A stretch of 64,000 nucleotides of DNA from a virus, in IMG/VR virus record IMGVR_UViG_3300042878_001080, positions 1 through 64,000 of that record. The stretch is one strand, 5' to 3'. A program made the translations under genes and the position numbers. The notes beneath the pieces are model-generated. The model saw only the letters and a program-made list of their open reading frames with translations, was not told the DNA's origin and ran no database searches. The number at the start of each line of letters is the position of its first letter. Position 1 is the first letter of the stretch. Shown here piece by piece: positions 59,943 through 64,000 of this stretch.

Positions 59943-60014
59943 TAATTTATTTTTAATAATAATGAATTATCTTTTAAAAATAGTGTATAAACTATTTATT
60001 AAAAAAGATAAAAA

Positions 60015-63000
60015 ATGTCAAAATCATATAGAATAAGAACGAAGGTCGGTGTAGATACTTCTTTAAAAGTGTTAATTGAACAAGAGTTTGAGCACTTGGA
60101 GATTTTATCGTTAAAAATATTACAAAGTGATATCTACACAAGACAATGCTCGGATTATGGTGTTATTATTGGCCGAGTTAGCGTTAATAACGGATTTGGT
60201 GTTCCAAACGCTAAAATATCTATTTTTATTCCTATAGATAGTGAAGACCAAAAAAACCCTATTATATCTGAATTATATCCCTACAAATCATTATTAGATA
60301 ATAATTCTGATGGTTATAGATATAATCTACTTCCATATGTTAAATCATATAGTGAGCACATACCTACAGGAACTTTTTTCACTAGAAATGATGTACTTAA
60401 AGACCCCACTTTAATTGAGGTTTATGATAAATATTACAAATATAATGCCGTAACAAATCAAAGTGGTGATTATATGATATTTGGGGTTCCAGTTGGTTCT
60501 CATACAATTGTAATGGATGTTGATTTATCCGATATTGGTGAATTTTCATTATCACCCCAAGATTTAATTCGAATGGGGTTGGCAACAGAATCTCAGGTTT
60601 CGGGAACTAATTTTAAATCGTCACATAATTTACGAGAATTACCTCAAATTATTAATCTTAGTAAATCTATTGAGGTTGAACCATTATGGGGTCAGCCTGA
60701 AATCTGTAATTTAGGAATTACAAGAACTGATTTTGACTTGAGTAGTGAGTCGAAAATTGATATTAGACCAACAGCGGTTTTTATGGGGTCAATAATTTCT
60801 GATTCTAATACTAACGCTTTAAAATCTAATTGTAAGCCAACAAATAAATCTGGTTATTTATGTAGTTTAATTGCGGGTCCGGGTGAAATATTATCTATTA
60901 GACAAACAATAAATCAAGATTCTAATGGGTTACCAATTCTTGAAAACTTTAGTTTAGAAAGTGGGGGTAAAGTAATTGATGAAAACGGGGCTTGGTTAAT
61001 AGATGTTCCGATGAATTTAGATTATTATATAACTAATGAGTTTGGAGAACAGGTATTATCGAATGACCCTGAAGTGGGTATTCCAACAAAATCTAAATAT
61101 AGGTTTAAAGTAAAATGGTCTCAATCACCATCATTGTCTGATGTTACTAAACGAGCGTATTATTTAGTTCCAAATATTAGAGAATACCCTGAACCTTTTA
61201 ATTTAAATTCATACTCGTTTAGTGTTGATTGGAATGATTATGGAAATTCTCAAATGATTCAAGACGCAATAAACTGTGATGATAAATTTTATTTAATGCA
61301 ATATAATAAAGTTTATACGATTTCTGAGTTTATTGATAATCATAAGTATGGTAGTGGAACAGAAAGATATATTGGGATTAAAAATATATTAGAAGATACC
61401 TGTGAAAGTGATAACAATAAATTCCCGACTAATGATGGGACATTTAGATTTGATATAATATACATAATATTTATGTTTTTCAGTGTTATGTTAACACCGA
61501 TTTTTTTCTCTTTAATACTTTTATTACATATTTTATATTTTGTTGCGTGGTTGACAGGTATTATACTTTCCTTAGTTATTGTTGTTGTAGGTAGTATTGT
61601 TGTTTTATTATGTAATTTTGTAAAATTGATTGTTAATGTTATTAATTCAATACCTTATGTTAGTATTGGGGATTCTCCTGATTGTCCGGATTTTGAAGAT
61701 ATAAAAAATTTAATAAAACAAGTTATGGGGTTAAAGGATTATTTTAAGAATGTAAAAGTTCCTATTTTAACCTATCCGGATTGTAATCTTTGTTCTTGTG
61801 AGCAAGGTGAGGGTATTAATGAACCGTCTGACCCTGATGGGTGGCCAAATACTGAAGTTGGTAAATTAACTCCTTGTGATACAATATCTTCAGACCCTAA
61901 ACCAATGTCTACATTAAATAATGGTATGACTATTGCTCCCTTATCTACTTTTTCAGGGTTTAAATTACCTACATACAATATACAGGAAAACCCAACAGGG
62001 TTTAATGGTCAAAGAAAAACCATCTTTGCTAATGATTTTGCTGGTTATACTTATGATGGTCAGTATGGGTCATCAACTATTGGGGCACCTTTTTTACAGT
62101 TAGAAACTATAACAACAGGGTCGGGAGGTAACTCTTCGACGGAAGTTTGGAATTGGTTTACAAACGGGTTACCTCTTGCTGATAGAATTAATTTATTTAA
62201 TGTTAAGGCCAAATATTTTGATGAAAATGCTAATAACCCTGGTGGTGGTGTTAATAGAATATCTGTTAATTTCCAACCAACTCAACCTCAAGTTCATTAT
62301 GACAATACTATTGTAATTTTATGTGATAAAACCACGGCTAAGAAATTTGCTGCGGGGCAAATGATATCATTTCAAAATCCTTCTTTTACTAAAGACCCAA
62401 ATTTAACGGGGGGTATTAAGAATAAGTATAATAATTACGCAATTACAGGGACAACATTTACTGGTAATAATACTACAGTTCAAGTTAATTATTCGAGGTT
62501 TGATGGTAATGGTTATACACAATCTCCGGTATATGTTGTTAATATTACTGCGGACACAACAAACAATTATCATAAGTTTCCTATTGATATAGAATATTTC
62601 CAAGTTATAACGGGAATGACATATAATCAATTTAACGGTCAATGTTCGACTCAATTACCAAATTCGTTAAATGAAAAATATTTTAATAATGATACAACTT
62701 TTTTCCAACTTTATAATAATACTAATGGTTATGTTGCGGGGTATAGAGGATTCATTAATATAGAGACCTTTGGACAAACACCATTAACGCCCTCAGGTAT
62801 TAATGTGTTAAATTCTATGACTTATGTTAAAAATGTTAATGATAACTATGTTGTAATATTAAATAGAGGTGTTGACCCATATACTAATAAGATTGATATT
62901 GAATATGGTATTGGTAAACTTCTTGGTTATAGTTCTGAAAGTGAGGTAAAAGTTAGAGGGTTATACCGTATGAATATACCTATTCAAGGGAGTTATAAAA

Positions 63001-64000
63001 ATATTAGTCATAACAGTAGTGATAGAGCTATTACAACACCAACATCTCCTTGGACGCCATTATCAAGTACAAGTACTCAAAATTATGTTGATGGGTTAAC
63101 TTGGGTTGGTGGTAATTCAGTGCCTGTAGGTGGAAATGTTAATAATGAAACAGGATATGCCGGACAACAATTGTATTTTAATTCGTTTTCTTATTGTGAT
63201 AATCAAAAAGAAACTTGGGGATGGGTAACAGGGTATACTCAAGGTTTAACAGCAACAACTTGGACGCAAAAAACCTCAAGATTTTCAGGGTTTAATTCAA
63301 ATTTAATTAGTTATTATTCTAGTTTAGATAATCGTTCTTTAAATTACAAACCAACTTGTAATAATATACAACCTGGTAATGGAACAACCAATACTGGTGA
63401 TGATGTACCTTTATTCTCTCAGACACCACCTTTAAGTGATGGTGCTATTGCAGACACATTCCACGGGTTATGTATTAGTTTGGCAAATGGATTTACATAT
63501 TCTTGGAGTAGAACACCAACTTATCATTATCAATTACAAACTTGTGTTTATGATGATATTACAGGGAATAATTGTGATGCGTGTGGTTGTTGGACTGATT
63601 CAAATGGTGATTGTGTTAATTGGTCTCTACCATGGATGACTCGAGATATTTCACAATATTACACAACAACAGGTAAGAATGAAGGTTATATTCCTAATGA
63701 AATTGTTGAGGGAGGTTCGATGTTACATATGATGTCAATAATTCCGACAAGTCCTCTTGTTGTAGATTGTTGTAGTGATATTTGTTCTTATCCCCCACCG
63801 GAAGTAAATGTTAAGACATTTTATTATTCACCAATTTATGATACAACGGGAAATACTATGAATTTCACTTTAGGTAGTATTCCGTCACCTACATTTATTT
63901 CTTTTCCTAATATGACTGAGAACCAAATTGTGATGAGAGGGGATAGGTTACCTACAAGTACTAATGTTGAAGAATATTGTTGTAATGGGCGGGTTTTACA
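60015..64000 (+). CDS. Large baseplate-associated protein, partial (runs off the window; not in ORF track)
   Basis: ATG at 60015 (MSKSYRIRTKVG...); the same frame is open where I read it (start, 61443-61660, window end). Includes TNQSGDYMIFGVPVG and a long hydrophobic stretch. Confidence 0.8.
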   Translation, partial: MSKSYRIRTKVGVDTSLKVLIEQEFEHLEILSLKILQSDIYTRQCSDYGVIIGRVSVNNGFGVPNAKISIFIPIDSEDQKNPIISELYPYKSLLDNNSDGYRYNLLPYVKSYSEHIPTGTFFTRNDVLKDPTLIEVYDKYYKYNAVTNQSGDYMIFGVPVGSHTIVMDVDLSDIGEFSLSPQDLIRMGLATESQVSGTNFKSSHNLRELPQIINLSKSIEVEPLWGQPEICNLGITRTDFDLSSESKIDIRPTAVFMGSIISDSNTNALKSNCKPTNKSGYLCSLIAGPGEILSIRQTINQDSNGLPILENFSLESGGKVIDENGAWLIDVPMNLDYYITNEFGEQVLSNDPEVGIPTKSKYRFKVKWSQSPSLSDVTKRAYYLVPNIREYPEPFNLNSYSFSVDWNDYGNSQMIQDAINCDDKFYLMQYNKVYTISEFIDNHKYGSGTERYIGIKNILEDTCESDNNKFPTNDGTFRFDIIYIIFMFFSVMLTPIFFSLILLLHILYFVAWLTGIILSLVIVVVGSIVVLLCNFVKLIVNVINSIPYVSIGDSPDCPDFEDIKNLIKQVMGLKDYFKNVKVPILTYPDCNLCSCEQGEGINEPSDPDGWPNTEVGKLTPCDTISSDPKPMSTLNNGMTIAPLSTFSGFKLPTYNIQENPTGFNGQRKTIFANDFAGYTYDGQYGSSTIGAPFLQLETITTGSGGNSSTEVWNWFTNGLPLADRINLFNVKAKYFDENANNPGGGVNRISVNFQPTQPQVHYDNTIVILCDKTTAKKFAAGQMISFQNPSFTKDPNLTGGIKNKYNNYAITGTTFTGNNTTVQVNYSRFDGNGYTQSPVYVVNITADTTNNYHKFPIDIEYFQVITGMTYNQFNGQCSTQLPNSLNEKYFNNDTTFFQLYNNTNGYVAGYRGFINIETFGQTPLTPSGINVLNSMTYVKNVNDNYVVILNRGVDPYTNKIDIEYGIGKLLGYSSESEVKVRGLYRMNIPIQGSYKNISHNSSDRAITTPTSPWTPLSSTSTQNYVDGLTWVGGNSVPVGGNVNNETGYAGQQLYFNSFSYCDNQKETWGWVTGYTQGLTATTWTQKTSRFSGFNSNLISYYSSLDNRSLNYKPTCNNIQPGNGTTNTGDDVPLFSQTPPLSDGAIADTFHGLCISLANGFTYSWSRTPTYHYQLQTCVYDDITGNNCDACGCWTDSNGDCVNWSLPWMTRDISQYYTTTGKNEGYIPNEIVEGGSMLHMMSIIPTSPLVVDCCSDICSYPPPEVNVKTFYYSPIYDTTGNTMNFTLGSIPSPTFISFPNMTENQIVMRGDRLPTSTNVEEYCCNGRVL

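Noticed and set aside
60397-63639. Four short ORF-track entries in the last 4 kb
   Set aside because: They are antisense or out-of-frame shadows of the long ORF starting at 60015.
1-64000. Stop-codon reassignment as in some jumbo phages
   Set aside because: Conserved genes are full length in the standard code, and TAA, TAG and TGA all occur as genuine gene ends.
1-64000. Eukaryotic giant virus origin suggested by RNR, SNF2 and HNH types
   Set aside because: Sheath, tube, baseplate, gp32-like SSB, overlapping genes and Rho-independent terminators indicate a bacteriophage.

Overview
AT-rich segment of a large (jumbo-type) T4-like myophage genome, read in the standard genetic code. No rRNA, tRNA or CRISPR array is visible. 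From left to right it holds: (i) fibre/decoration genes (LamG paralogues, a beta-roll repeat fibre, Thr-Pro-rich and Cys-rich proteins, a trypsin-like protease) with three glycosyltransferase genes embedded among them (GT60-like; GT25+HtrL-like; HtrL-like+GT2-like); (ii) family B DNA polymerase, neck gene and SNF2 helicase; (iii) contractile tail module (terminator, sheath, tube, chaperone, tape measure, baseplate); (iv) replication block (SSB, RecA/UvsX, 5'-3' exonuclease, DnaB-like helicase, NrdB, NrdA); (v) baseplate wedge genes and a large ORF running off the end. The strongest candidate for an undescribed system is a phage-encoded mucin-type O-glycosylation pathway: a GT60-like initiating enzyme plus extending transferases next to mucin-like virion proteins, with a recurrent [S/T]-[G/A]-x-[T/S] motif in structural proteins as a candidate sequon. 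Also notable are three copies of an unannotated two-gene cassette (small ribbon-helix-helix-like ORF overlapping a Zn-finger HNH endonuclease), a probable +1 frameshift in the tail chaperone, and a window-wide TATTTATA promoter motif. All family calls come from motif recognition by eye; no database search was run.
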